This document shows positions 1 to 8,927 of a stretch of DNA of 64,000 nt, in pieces; the stretch's first letter is position 1; every line of letters begins with the position of its first letter. A program made the position numbers and the translations under genes. The DNA is taken from positions 28,368 to 92,367 of the forward strand of contig JBGAFL010000004.1 of the NCBI GenBank assembly GCA_044227265.1, given 5' to 3'. This DNA comes from Methylobacterium sp. (lineage in GTDB: Bacteria > Pseudomonadota > Alphaproteobacteria > Rhizobiales > Beijerinckiaceae). Under the pieces are notes generated by a model. The model had not been told where the DNA came from and did no database searches. It saw nothing but the letters and a program-made list of their open reading frames with translations.

Positions 1-960
1 AAGCGCCAGACGGCCAACATGCTGCCGGGCTTCAAGGAGGTGCAGCCTGTCGTGTTCTGCGGCCTGTTCCCGGTCGATGCCGCCGAGTTCGAAAATCTGC
101 GCGGCGCGATGGGCAAGCTGCGGCTCAACGATGCCAGCTTCTCCTACGAGATGGAGACCAGCGCCGCGCTCGGCTTCGGCTTCCGCTGCGGCTTCCTCGG
201 ATTGTTGCACCTGGAAATCATCCAGGAGCGTCTGGAGCGCGAATTCAACCTCGACCTGATCTCGACCGCGCCATCGGTGGTCTACCGCCTGATGATGCGC
301 GACGGCGAGGTGAAGGAGCTCCACAACCCGGCCGACATGCCGGACCCGATGCGGATCGAGACGATCGAGGAGCCCTGGATCCGCGCCACCATCCTGACGC
401 CGGACGAATATCTCGGCGGCGTGCTGAAGCTCTGCCAGGATCGGCGCGGCGTGCAGATCGATCTCAACTATGTCGGCAAGCGCGCCATGGTGGTCTACGA
501 CCTGCCGCTCAACGAGGTGGTGTTCGATTTCTACGACCGGCTGAAATCGATCTCGAAGGGCTATGCCAGCTTCGATTACCACGTCTCCGATTACCGCGAG
601 GGCGACCTCGTGAAAATGTCGATCCTCGTGAACGCCGAGCCCGTCGATGCCCTCTCCATGTTGGTCCACCGCACCCGCGCCGAGGCGCGCGGCCGCGCCA
701 TGTGCGAGAAGCTCAAGGACCTGATCCCGCGCCACCTCTTCCAGATTCCGGTCCAGGCGGCGATCGGCGGCAAGATCATCGCCCGCGAGACCATCCGGGC
801 TCTGTCCAAGGACGTGACCGCGAAGTGCTATGGCGGCGACATCTCGCGCAAGCGCAAGCTTCTGGACAAGCAGAAGGAAGGCAAGAAGCGCATGCGGCAG
901 TTCGGCCGGGTGGAAATTCCGCAGGAAGCGTTCATTGCGGCGCTGAAGATGGACGATTGA
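1..960 (+). CDS. lepA: Translation elongation factor 4 (LepA), 5'-truncated at the window edge
   Basis: The frame is open from position 1. Contains [22 protein letters not shown] and the C-terminal [29 protein letters not shown], both LepA signatures. Confidence 0.98.
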   Translation, partial: KRQTANMLPGFKEVQPVVFCGLFPVDAAEFENLRGAMGKLRLNDASFSYEMETSAALGFGFRCGFLGLLHLEIIQERLEREFNLDLISTAPSVVYRLMMRDGEVKELHNPADMPDPMRIETIEEPWIRATILTPDEYLGGVLKLCQDRRGVQIDLNYVGKRAMVVYDLPLNEVVFDFYDRLKSISKGYASFDYHVSDYREGDLVKMSILVNAEPVDALSMLVHRTRAEARGRAMCEKLKDLIPRHLFQIPVQAAIGGKIIARETIRALSKDVTAKCYGGDISRKRKLLDKQKEGKKRMRQFGRVEIPQEAFIAALKMDD

Positions 961-1006
961 ACGACACCAATGTGCGCCGCCTTCCTGCCGTGCTAGTCTT
1001 CCGAAC

Positions 1007-1300
1007 ATGGAACGATCCGCCGCCATCACGCGGCTGCGCAGCACGAGCGAGCGGCTTCACGAGGCCGGTATCCGCGCTCTCTATCTGTTCGGCTCCGTCG
1101 CCCGCGATGAGGCGGGGCAGCAAAGCGATGTCGATCTGTTCGTCGATCCTGATTACGAGCGTTTCGGCTTCGTCGAGCTCCTGCGCGCCGAGGCGATGCT
1201 GAGCGCCGAACTCGGCCGCCCGGTCGACCTGACGACCCGCGAGGGCCTGCATCCGCTTTTGCGCGCCAAGATCGAGAAAGACGCGATCCGCGTGCTGTGA
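1007..1300 (+). CDS. Minimal nucleotidyltransferase (MNT/MntA-like antitoxin)
   Basis: 97 aa with the LYLFGSVARDEA..SDVDLFVD motif (GSx10DxD). Overlaps the next ORF. Confidence 0.9.
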   Translation: MERSAAITRLRSTSERLHEAGIRALYLFGSVARDEAGQQSDVDLFVDPDYERFGFVELLRAEAMLSAELGRPVDLTTREGLHPLLRAKIEKDAIRVL

Positions 1301-1644
1301 TGAAGCGCTCGGTCGTCGCCCGCCTGCAGGATAGGCTGGACATGATCGACGCAGCGGCCGAGCTGATCGCTGGAGGCGACTTCGCGGCGTATCGATCCGA
1401 TCGCAAGCTGCGGCTGGCAATCGAGCGCTGCATCGAGATCGTGTCGGAGGCGAGCCGACATGTCCTGGCCGAGCAGAAGGCACGCTTTCCCGATATTCCC
1501 TGGCCGGAAACTGCCGCGATCGGCAACAAGCTTCGGCATGAATACAATCGCATCGACGATCTCATTCTGTGGCGTGTCGCAAGCCAATCGCTTCCCCAAT
1601 TGCGCCCGGTGATCGCGAGCATTCTGGCAGATGCGACCAATTGA
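1297..1644 (+). CDS. HEPN/DUF86 (HepT-like) toxin partner
   Basis: 115 aa with AIERCIEIVSEASR, IPW and IGNKLRHEY. Translationally coupled to the MNT gene. Confidence 0.88.
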   Translation: MMKRSVVARLQDRLDMIDAAAELIAGGDFAAYRSDRKLRLAIERCIEIVSEASRHVLAEQKARFPDIPWPETAAIGNKLRHEYNRIDDLILWRVASQSLPQLRPVIASILADATN

Positions 1645-2140
1645 GTTCTTGAAAGCGCATACTGACGCCTCCGCGCGCCACCGACGCCGGAGGTTTTTCT
1701 CACCGAAACAGGGGACGCGGGACGCCGTGAAGACCCTGATATCGTTCGAGCTCTGCGCTGCCGGTCTCCCCGGCGTCCCGCGATCGGACGGTCTGCACCG
1801 GCCGATCGATTTTTGCGTCACGGATTTCTTCGCTCGCGCACCTTCCGGCAGGTTCCGCCCCTCGTAGTGGGGACGGGCAGCGGATAAACCCGAGGCTCGG
1901 GCGGATCGCTCCGCCTTCGCCTCATCTCGGCACGAGCGCCCGGGGCGTGGACCGACCGAAGCCACGACGCGGGAGCCGCCTCACCGCCGCTGGGTCGACC
2001 CACGGTCGGTCCACCGCGGGGGCCCCCTGCTTGGTCAGCCCCGGATCGAGATCCGCGGCCGGCGACGAGCGGGAATTGGGTTAGCAGAACGCGCCTCATA
2101 TGTCAAGATTTATTTCCTATGTATTGAGATGCGAGACTCC

Positions 2141-2275
2141 AATTCCTCGCCCGCTGCGCGAGGGGAACCGCGCGAAGCGTGGTGGAGTGGGCTGCCTGAG
2201 CCCATCAAGAACAGGCGGTGCCGGCCCCGTCCGTCCGCTTCGCGCCCACCTCCCCCCAGAGGTGGAGGAGAGGTT
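2141..2275. repeat. REP-like palindromic intergenic element
   Basis: GC-rich imperfect inverted repeats (cctcgcccgctgcgcgagggg ... gcgcgaagcg ... ccgcttcgcgcccacctcccccagaggtggagg) of the style common in Rhizobiales intergenic DNA. Confidence 0.5.
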
Positions 2276-2289
2276 CGGAAAGGCCGCTG

Positions 2290-5200
2290 TCATGCCTCGT
2301 CGGGCGCGAAGAGTTCGGCAATGTCGCACCTGACGGCCTCCGCCTCCTCCTCTCGCCCGAGCGCCGACAGGTATTCTGCGAGGTTGTGCATGGCAGCGAA
2401 GAGCTCGCGCGCGAAAGCGGCGGGATGTTCTCGACCCAACCCGCCGTACAGCTTGACGGATTCGAGTGCGGCAGCGAGCGCCGCCTCGCGACGGCCGAGA
2501 TCGGACAGCATGGTGCCGAAGTTGTTCAGGGACATCGCCAAATCGGGCGTGAATGAATCCGGGCGCGCCTTCGCCAGCGCGCGCATGATCTCGACAGCCT
2601 CCTGCGCCGCTTCCAACGCCGACTCGCGACGCCCGAGTTCGGACAGCCTGTTGCCGAGGTTGTTCAGGGACGAAGCCAGAGCGGGAGTGAAGGAATCCGG
2701 GCGCGCCATCGCCAGAGCGCGCCTGATCTCCACAGCCTCCTGTGCAGCCTCCAATGCCGACTCGCGCTGGCCAAGCTCGGACAGCCAATTGCTTAAGTTG
2801 TTCAGCGATGTCGCTAAATAGGGCACGAAGGCATCAGAGGACGCCTTCGCCAACGCGCGATATAGCCTCGTGGCTTCATGTCCGGCCTCCAACGCCGCCT
2901 CATGATAACCGAGCCCGGACAGCATCTTGCCAAGGTTGTTAAGTGAGGCGGCTAAATCCGGTGTGAAGGCATCCGGGCGCACGTTCGTCAGCGGGCGCCA
3001 AATCTCTACGGCCTCCCCAGTTGCCTCCAACGCCTCCTCGCGACGGCCTTGGTCGGACAGAAGGGCGCCAAGAGTGTTCAGCGACGACGCCAGATCCGGC
3101 GCGAATGCATCCGGGCGCGCCTTGGCCAGCGCGCGCCTGATCTTGACGGCCTCCCGCGCCACCTCCAAAGCCTCCTCACGACGGCCGAGATCGGACAGCA
3201 TCTTGCCCAGGCTGCTCAGTGACGTCGCCAAAACGGGCGCGAAGGCGTCAAGGCGCGCATTCGCCAGCACGTGCCCGATTTCGACAGCCTCCTGTGCGGT
3301 CTCCAACGCTGCCTCGCGACGACCGAGTTCAGACAGCATCTTGCTGAGATTGGTCAGGGACCCGGCCAAATAGGGCGTGAAGGAATCCGGGTGCGCCTTG
3401 GCCAGCGCGCGATAGAGTCCTGAAGCCTCCTGCGCCGCGTCCAACGCCGCCTCGCGACGGCCGAGATCAGACAGCATCTTGCCGAGGTTATTCAGGGATA
3501 TCGCCAGAGCGGGAGTGAAGGAATCCGGGCGCACTTCCGCGAGCGCCCGGCTGATCTCGACGGCCTCCTGCGCTGCTTCCAACGCCGCCTCAAGACGGCC
3601 GAGCAGCGACAAATAGTTCGCCGAATTATTCAGGAAGAGGGCGGCCTGCTCGGGATGGTCCTTCAGATCCACGCCGAGCCTCCCGGCTATCTCGGCAGCA
3701 AATCCCGCTGCGGCGAAAGGCACTTCGCCGCTCGCAACCTCCGCGAAATCGACAACCCGCTCCGGCTCGCGCTCGATCATCGCGATCAGTGCCGCCTCTA
3801 GCGGCGTCGCGCCGTTCCGGGCCACGCCCGGCGCATCGAGATCGTAGAGGAGGCGGCCGAGCCGATCGCCAAAATCCCGCTCGTTGCCCTTCAGCGAGAG
3901 CGAAAGCCAATGCGGCAGCCTGTCGTCACCGTCGGGGAGCTTCGCCTCGAACAAGGCCGCATCGAGAAAGCACGCCGCCACCCGGTCCGGCTGTAGCCGG
4001 ACCAGCCGCCCGCCGCGCCACCAGGGCGTCTCGGACACCACTTTCAGCAGGCGGTTCGCCTCGATTCCCTCGCCGATCCCAGCCTGCGCTAGCGCGCGGA
4101 CCGCAGCGAAATCGAGCCCTTCCGCGACGATGCCGAGCGCGAGCAGCCGCTCCAAGCTCGCCGGGCCGATGCCAAGGCGGTCCGAGGCCCGGCGCACGCG
4201 GCCGCGCTCGCGCTCGGCAAGATCGCGGATGATGGCGCCGCCCTCGATGCCGAAAGCCGCATCGGGGCTAAGCACCGCATGAACCGCGGCAGCCAGGACG
4301 AAAAGCGGCAGGCGGTGGAGCGTATTCTCCGAGGCCCAGGATTCCGCCCGCTCCAGATTCGGTAGTGGCAGGCAGGCTCGCCCGGCGAAGGTGGTCGCGG
4401 CCTCAGAGATCAGCGCGACCGCCTCGTCGGCATCGAGTGCATCCGGCGCAGCGATCGGATGCTTGCCGAAGCGGCCTCCGAGCGGCAGGGCCTCGTTCTC
4501 CCAATGCGCGAAATCCCTTCTGGAAAGGAGCAGCAGGCGGAGCGGGAAGGCCGATTGCTCCGCCTCAGTGAGTGCCGCGAACAGACGACGTGCCAGATCC
4601 GGGCTCTCCTCGGGATAATCGAGGATGAGCAGCAGGCCCCTCGCATCGCCGATCGGGACCTGCAGCGAGTGGCCCGGCCGCAGGAAACCGGCCGTCCAGC
4701 CGCGCCGTCGCAATTCGGCGGCAACCTCCGCCGCGAGCCGCGTCTTGCCGGCGCCGCCCTCGCCCGTGACGAGGCGGATGGAGGGCACGCCCGGTTTTGC
4801 CTCGGCCCAGGCGAGAATCTGCTTCAGATCGTCGTCGCGGCCATGCAGCTTCGTCGCCAGCCTGAAATTCCAGCGCAGGGCTGCGAGCAGGTCGATATCG
4901 TCTGGCGCAACCGCATCCGACAGCTCCCGCCAGCCGATCTCAAGCTCGGAGCGGGCCGGCTTCGCACCGGGGACGATGACCGAGAAGGAATCCTCGCCGA
5001 TTTCGACCGCGATGTCGGGGGCCTGTCTGGCCGCCTCGATCTTTTCGAGGATCGATCTCGTGTCCTCCCTGATCGCCTCTTGGCTGGCGATCACCGCCCC
5101 GATCTTCTGCTCGACGACCGTGACGGGACGCTCAAAAGGGTCGAGGATGAAAGCCTTTACCGACTTGTAGACCTCGTCGGCCCGGTTCGGGGGCTTGACG

Positions 5201-5898
5201 ATTGAGATATGGCCCTTGTCCAGCGGTTCGGCGGGATAGGCGACGAAGCCCGGATCGCCGCTTTCGGGATCGACGACATAGCCGAGGATACGGACAGGCT
5301 GCGATTCTCTGAGCACGAGGTGGTGCAGCCCGCGCGTCGTCGCCCATCTGCGGTAGTCGACATTCAGCTTCAGGAGGTTGGGATCGCGACGAAGGAGACA
5401 GCGTGTCGCCTCTGATGGCCAAACCAGGACCCGAAACCAATCACCCCATACCGCGTAATCGGAACCGGCATGCGGTGTTGCCAGGAAGGAGACCTTGTCC
5501 ACCCGGTCGAGGAAGCTCGCGGCCGCCTTGGAACTCTCCGCTTCCGCGACGAGATCGAGCAGCATGCGCTTGATGACGAGCCCGCCCAAGCTATGCCCGA
5601 TCAGGATCAGCCGCCCTTCCGCGAGTTTTGGTTCAGTCCTCAGGCTAAGGAAGACGTTGCGAGCCCTGTCGACGAGATGCATCGCCGTGCCACGCCACCG
5701 CGAGATCGCCGCCGGGTAGCCGACCGACCAGATCGCATGGCCCGGGATGTCTTCGGCGAGCCAAAGCGGCCACAGCGTCGCCTCGTCTCGGCGGTCCGCC
5801 TGCCAGGTCGTGCGGATGTTTCCGCCGAGGCCGTGGACGAAGACGACGTTCGTCGTCAGTTCCCCGCGGCTTTCGGCCAGGCATTCGAGTTCGGCCAT
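2290..5898 (-). CDS. NLR-like STAND protein: N-terminal alpha/beta-hydrolase (lipase-like), P-loop NTPase, C-terminal TPR array
   Basis: VVFVHGLGG and the GHSLGG nucleophile elbow at the N-terminus; Walker A GEGGAGKT; Walker B-like LLLILDYPE; about ten 46-aa TPR units at the C-terminus. Confidence 0.9.
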   Translation of the reverse strand: MAELECLAESRGELTTNVVFVHGLGGNIRTTWQADRRDEATLWPLWLAEDIPGHAIWSVGYPAAISRWRGTAMHLVDRARNVFLSLRTEPKLAEGRLILIGHSLGGLVIKRMLLDLVAEAESSKAAASFLDRVDKVSFLATPHAGSDYAVWGDWFRVLVWPSEATRCLLRRDPNLLKLNVDYRRWATTRGLHHLVLRESQPVRILGYVVDPESGDPGFVAYPAEPLDKGHISIVKPPNRADEVYKSVKAFILDPFERPVTVVEQKIGAVIASQEAIREDTRSILEKIEAARQAPDIAVEIGEDSFSVIVPGAKPARSELEIGWRELSDAVAPDDIDLLAALRWNFRLATKLHGRDDDLKQILAWAEAKPGVPSIRLVTGEGGAGKTRLAAEVAAELRRRGWTAGFLRPGHSLQVPIGDARGLLLILDYPEESPDLARRLFAALTEAEQSAFPLRLLLLSRRDFAHWENEALPLGGRFGKHPIAAPDALDADEAVALISEAATTFAGRACLPLPNLERAESWASENTLHRLPLFVLAAAVHAVLSPDAAFGIEGGAIIRDLAERERGRVRRASDRLGIGPASLERLLALGIVAEGLDFAAVRALAQAGIGEGIEANRLLKVVSETPWWRGGRLVRLQPDRVAACFLDAALFEAKLPDGDDRLPHWLSLSLKGNERDFGDRLGRLLYDLDAPGVARNGATPLEAALIAMIEREPERVVDFAEVASGEVPFAAAGFAAEIAGRLGVDLKDHPEQAALFLNNSANYLSLLGRLEAALEAAQEAVEISRALAEVRPDSFTPALAISLNNLGKMLSDLGRREAALDAAQEASGLYRALAKAHPDSFTPYLAGSLTNLSKMLSELGRREAALETAQEAVEIGHVLANARLDAFAPVLATSLSSLGKMLSDLGRREEALEVAREAVKIRRALAKARPDAFAPDLASSLNTLGALLSDQGRREEALEATGEAVEIWRPLTNVRPDAFTPDLAASLNNLGKMLSGLGYHEAALEAGHEATRLYRALAKASSDAFVPYLATSLNNLSNWLSELGQRESALEAAQEAVEIRRALAMARPDSFTPALASSLNNLGNRLSELGRRESALEAAQEAVEIMRALAKARPDSFTPDLAMSLNNFGTMLSDLGRREAALAAALESVKLYGGLGREHPAAFARELFAAMHNLAEYLSALGREEEAEAVRCDIAELFAPDEA
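2300..3660 (-). repeat. 138-bp tandem repeat array encoding 46-aa TPR units
   Basis: A ttgttcaggga-like anchor recurs at 2522, 2660, 2798, 2936, 3074, 3212, 3350, 3488 and 3626, an exact 138-bp period. Confidence 0.92.
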
Positions 5899-6094
5899 GC
5901 GTGCGCCACCGGGTCGCTCAACGGCCCCTTCATCGCGCCCGCAACCGGAGCGCGCAAGCCGGGTCGAGACGGAATTCAGTCCGAAGCGCGCGGCTTTGAA
6001 TCCTCGTCACACCTCGCGGCTCGGCCACCCATTCTCGACGCGGCGGCGTCGATCCCGTCGGGCCGCCGAACCCGCTGTGGTCTTTCGGACCGCA

Positions 6095-6119
6095 TGAACC
6101 TCTGCTGTGAGATAGCGTT
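6095..6119 (+). promoter_or_regulatory. Candidate EcfG (general stress response sigma factor) promoter
   Basis: TGAAC-N16-CGTT, one mismatch to the GGAAC-N16/17-CGTT consensus, ending 8 nt before the kaiC-like ATG. Confidence 0.5.
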
Positions 6120-6127
6120 ACCTCCGC

Positions 6128-7627
6128 ATGACGAAAACGGCAGAGAGTCCAGGCAAGGCCGCGACGGGTATCGACGGCCTCGACGACGTGCTGGGCGGCG
6201 GCCTCACCCGCCATCGCCTCTATCTGATCGAGGGCGATCCTGGCACCGGCAAGACAACGATCGCGCTGCAATTCCTGCTCGAAGGCGTCGCCAAGGGCGA
6301 AAAGGGCCTGCTCATTTCGCTGTCGGAGACCAGGCAGGAGATGATCGAGACCATGCACTCGCATGGATGGGAGATCGGCGACGGGCCGACGATCTATGAG
6401 GTGACGCCACCGGAAAGCCTGCTCGACGCCAACCAGCAGCAGAGTCTGCTTTATTCGTCCGATCTGGAACTGGGGGAGAGCACCAAGGCGATCTTCGAGG
6501 AGGTCGAGCGGGTCCAGCCGGTCCGCATCGTGCTGGACAGCCTGTCCGAGATCCGACTGCTCGCCGGCAACTCACTGCGGTATCGGCGACAAATTCTGGC
6601 GTTCAAGCATTATTTCGCTCACCGCGGCGCGACAATCCTGATGCTCGACGACCTGACAGCCGATGCGATGGACAAGTCGGTCCATAGCATCGCGCATGGC
6701 GTGATCCGGCTGGAGGAGATGGCGCCCACTTACGGCGCCGAGCGCAAGCGGCTGCGGGTCATGAAGTATCGCGGCCAGCGGTTTCGCGGCGGGTATCACG
6801 ATTTCACCATCGAGACCGGCGGCGTGCAGGTATTTCCCAGGCTCGTCTCACTCGAGCACAAGACGAGCTTCATCCGCGGCACCGTCAAGAGCGGCATCGC
6901 CGAACTCGATGCGCTGCTCGGCGGCGGAATCGAGACCGGATCGAGCACGTTGATCCTCGGACCGGCCGGCACCGGCAAATCGCTGTTCGCGATCCAATAT
7001 GCGACAGCTGCGATTGCTCGCGGCGAGCGCGCAGCGATCTTCATCTTCGACGAAGAACTCGGCCTTCTGCTGGAACGCTCGCGCACCATGGGCTTCGACC
7101 TTGCCGGGATGCGCGATCGCGGCCAGCTCCTGATCGAACAGGTCGATGCCGCGGAATTGTCGCCCGGCGAATTCACGCATCGTGTCCGCAAGGTCGTCGA
7201 CGGGGCCCAGGCCAAGACCGTCGTGATCGACAGCCTCAACGGCTACCAGGCCGCGATGCCGGAGGAGCGTGCGCTCATCCTGCACGTCCACGAACTTTTG
7301 CAATATCTCAATCGCCAGGGTGCCAGCACCTACGTGACGGTCGCTCAGCATGGTCTCGTCGGCGACATGAAATCGCCAGTCGACGTCACCTATCTCGCCG
7401 ACACCGTGGTCCTCTTGCGCTATTTCGAGGCCCTCGGCTCGGTGCGGCGGGCGATCTCGATCGTCAAGAAGCGCACCGGCGAGCACGAGGACACGATCCG
7501 GGAGTACCGCATCACCAATGCCGGCCTGCGCGTCGGAGAGCCGTTGAAGGGCTTCCAAGGCATCTTGCGCGGCGTTCCATCGCTTCTGCAAAGCGAGGCC
7601 TCGCTCATACCGGCCAAGGCCGGCTGA
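6128..7627 (+). CDS. KaiC-like / RAD55-family double-domain ATPase
   Basis: Two RecA-type domains with Walker A motifs GDPGTGKT and GPAGTGKS. Begins TGIDGLDDVLGGG; the second domain contains YLADTVVLLRY. Confidence 0.93.
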   Translation: MTKTAESPGKAATGIDGLDDVLGGGLTRHRLYLIEGDPGTGKTTIALQFLLEGVAKGEKGLLISLSETRQEMIETMHSHGWEIGDGPTIYEVTPPESLLDANQQQSLLYSSDLELGESTKAIFEEVERVQPVRIVLDSLSEIRLLAGNSLRYRRQILAFKHYFAHRGATILMLDDLTADAMDKSVHSIAHGVIRLEEMAPTYGAERKRLRVMKYRGQRFRGGYHDFTIETGGVQVFPRLVSLEHKTSFIRGTVKSGIAELDALLGGGIETGSSTLILGPAGTGKSLFAIQYATAAIARGERAAIFIFDEELGLLLERSRTMGFDLAGMRDRGQLLIEQVDAAELSPGEFTHRVRKVVDGAQAKTVVIDSLNGYQAAMPEERALILHVHELLQYLNRQGASTYVTVAQHGLVGDMKSPVDVTYLADTVVLLRYFEALGSVRRAISIVKKRTGEHEDTIREYRITNAGLRVGEPLKGFQGILRGVPSLLQSEASLIPAKAG

Positions 7628-7637
7628 TCGGCGCTCC

Positions 7638-8726
7638 GTGACGCTTCCGGGCAACCCCGTCTCCGAACGGATCCTGATCCTGGCGCCCCATGGCAGGGAT
7701 GCGAAGCTGGCGGCAGGATTGTTCGCGGAAGCGAAACTGCCTGCCTTGATCTGCGAGGATATCGATGCCGTCCGGCGCGGCCTGGAGCAGATGGCCGGAA
7801 TGGTCATCCTGACCGAGGAATCGGTCCGCACGGCGGATCTGTCGAGCATCCGGGAATGGATCGCGATGCAGCCGACTTGGTCGGACATGCCGTTCGTGGT
7901 CCTGATTGGCCATGGTGGCGGCGTCGAGCGCAATCCGGCGGCCGCCCGGCTCTCTCAGGTTTTCGGCAACACGACCTTTCTGGAGCGACCCTTTCATCCG
8001 ACGACACTGATCAGCGTCGCGCAGACGGCCTTGCGCGGGCGCCGGCGGCAATACGAAGCGCGCTCGCGCCTCGAAGAACTCCGGCTCGGGGAATCGAGAC
8101 TCAAGATCGCGCTCGCAGCCGAAAAAGTCGCGGCGCAGCACCAGCGCCTCTTGATCGACGAACTCAATCATCGCGTGAAGAACACGCTCGCCACGGTCCA
8201 GTCGATCGCGATGCAGACCTTGCGCAATGCCGAGACGACCGAACTCGCCAAAGACGCGCTGGAAATGCGCCTGCTCGGCCTCTCGCGGGCGCATGACGTG
8301 CTGACGCGCGAGAACTGGGACGGGGCCGACCTCAATGACGTGGTCGCCCAGGCCATTGCACCTTTCCGAGACCGTGATGGGCGTCGCTTCCTTTGCGAGG
8401 GACCGGATGTGCGGCTCAACCCGCGCATGTCGCTCGCGATCGCGATGGCCTTGCAGGAACTGGCGACCAACGCCGTCAAATACGGCGCTCTCTCCAGCGC
8501 GACCGGAACCGTTTCGATCGGTTGGACCATCAGCCGCGATAATGAACCCGAAGAGTTGCATTTTTGCTGGCGCGAAAGAGGTGGTCCGCCAGTGACACCG
8601 CCATCCCGGCGCGGCTTCGGCTCGCGCCTGATCGAGCGAAGCCTCGCCCGAGACCTCGACGGCGTGGTCTCTATCACCTTCGAACCATCGGGAGTCTTCT
8701 GCAGAATCAAGGCGCCGTTGTCGTGA
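7638..8726 (+). CDS. HWE/HisKA_2-family sensor histidine kinase with a degenerate N-terminal receiver-like domain
   Basis: H-box ELNHRVKNTLATVQSIA, ELATNAVKYGALS, WRERGGPPV and GFGSRLI. Starts 10 nt after the kaiC-like gene. Confidence 0.92.
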   Translation: MTLPGNPVSERILILAPHGRDAKLAAGLFAEAKLPALICEDIDAVRRGLEQMAGMVILTEESVRTADLSSIREWIAMQPTWSDMPFVVLIGHGGGVERNPAAARLSQVFGNTTFLERPFHPTTLISVAQTALRGRRRQYEARSRLEELRLGESRLKIALAAEKVAAQHQRLLIDELNHRVKNTLATVQSIAMQTLRNAETTELAKDALEMRLLGLSRAHDVLTRENWDGADLNDVVAQAIAPFRDRDGRRFLCEGPDVRLNPRMSLAIAMALQELATNAVKYGALSSATGTVSIGWTISRDNEPEELHFCWRERGGPPVTPPSRRGFGSRLIERSLARDLDGVVSITFEPSGVFCRIKAPLS

Positions 8727-8746
8727 ACCTCGGGGGCCGCCCGGTG

Positions 8747-8876
8747 GACGCATCCTCCGCTCTCCACCTCAACCAGAGGCGCCGAAGCGCAGCGAAGGCC
8801 TCCAAGGAGGACTCCAGCAGGCAATGCGCTGGCGGAAGGATTCCTTCGAGGCGCTGACGCGGCACCTCAGGATGAA
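8747..8876. repeat. REP-like palindromic element
   Basis: gacgcatcctc...gaggcgccgaagcgcagcgaaggcctccaaggagg ... tccttcgaggcgctgacgcggcacctcaggatga; inverted-repeat architecture between convergent genes. Confidence 0.6.
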
Positions 8877-8927
8877 TGGGAGGAGTTGGAGGAGCAAGCG
8901 CAAACCGAATTGAGATCGAATTCTAGC

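Noticed and set aside
2300-3660. Regular repeats as a CRISPR array
   Set aside because: The 138-bp period is in frame within a CDS, there are no unique spacers and no cas genes are nearby; these are TPR-coding repeats.
6128-7627. Circadian clock kaiC
   Set aside because: No kaiA or kaiB in the window; the kinase-linked context fits the non-clock KaiC-like class.
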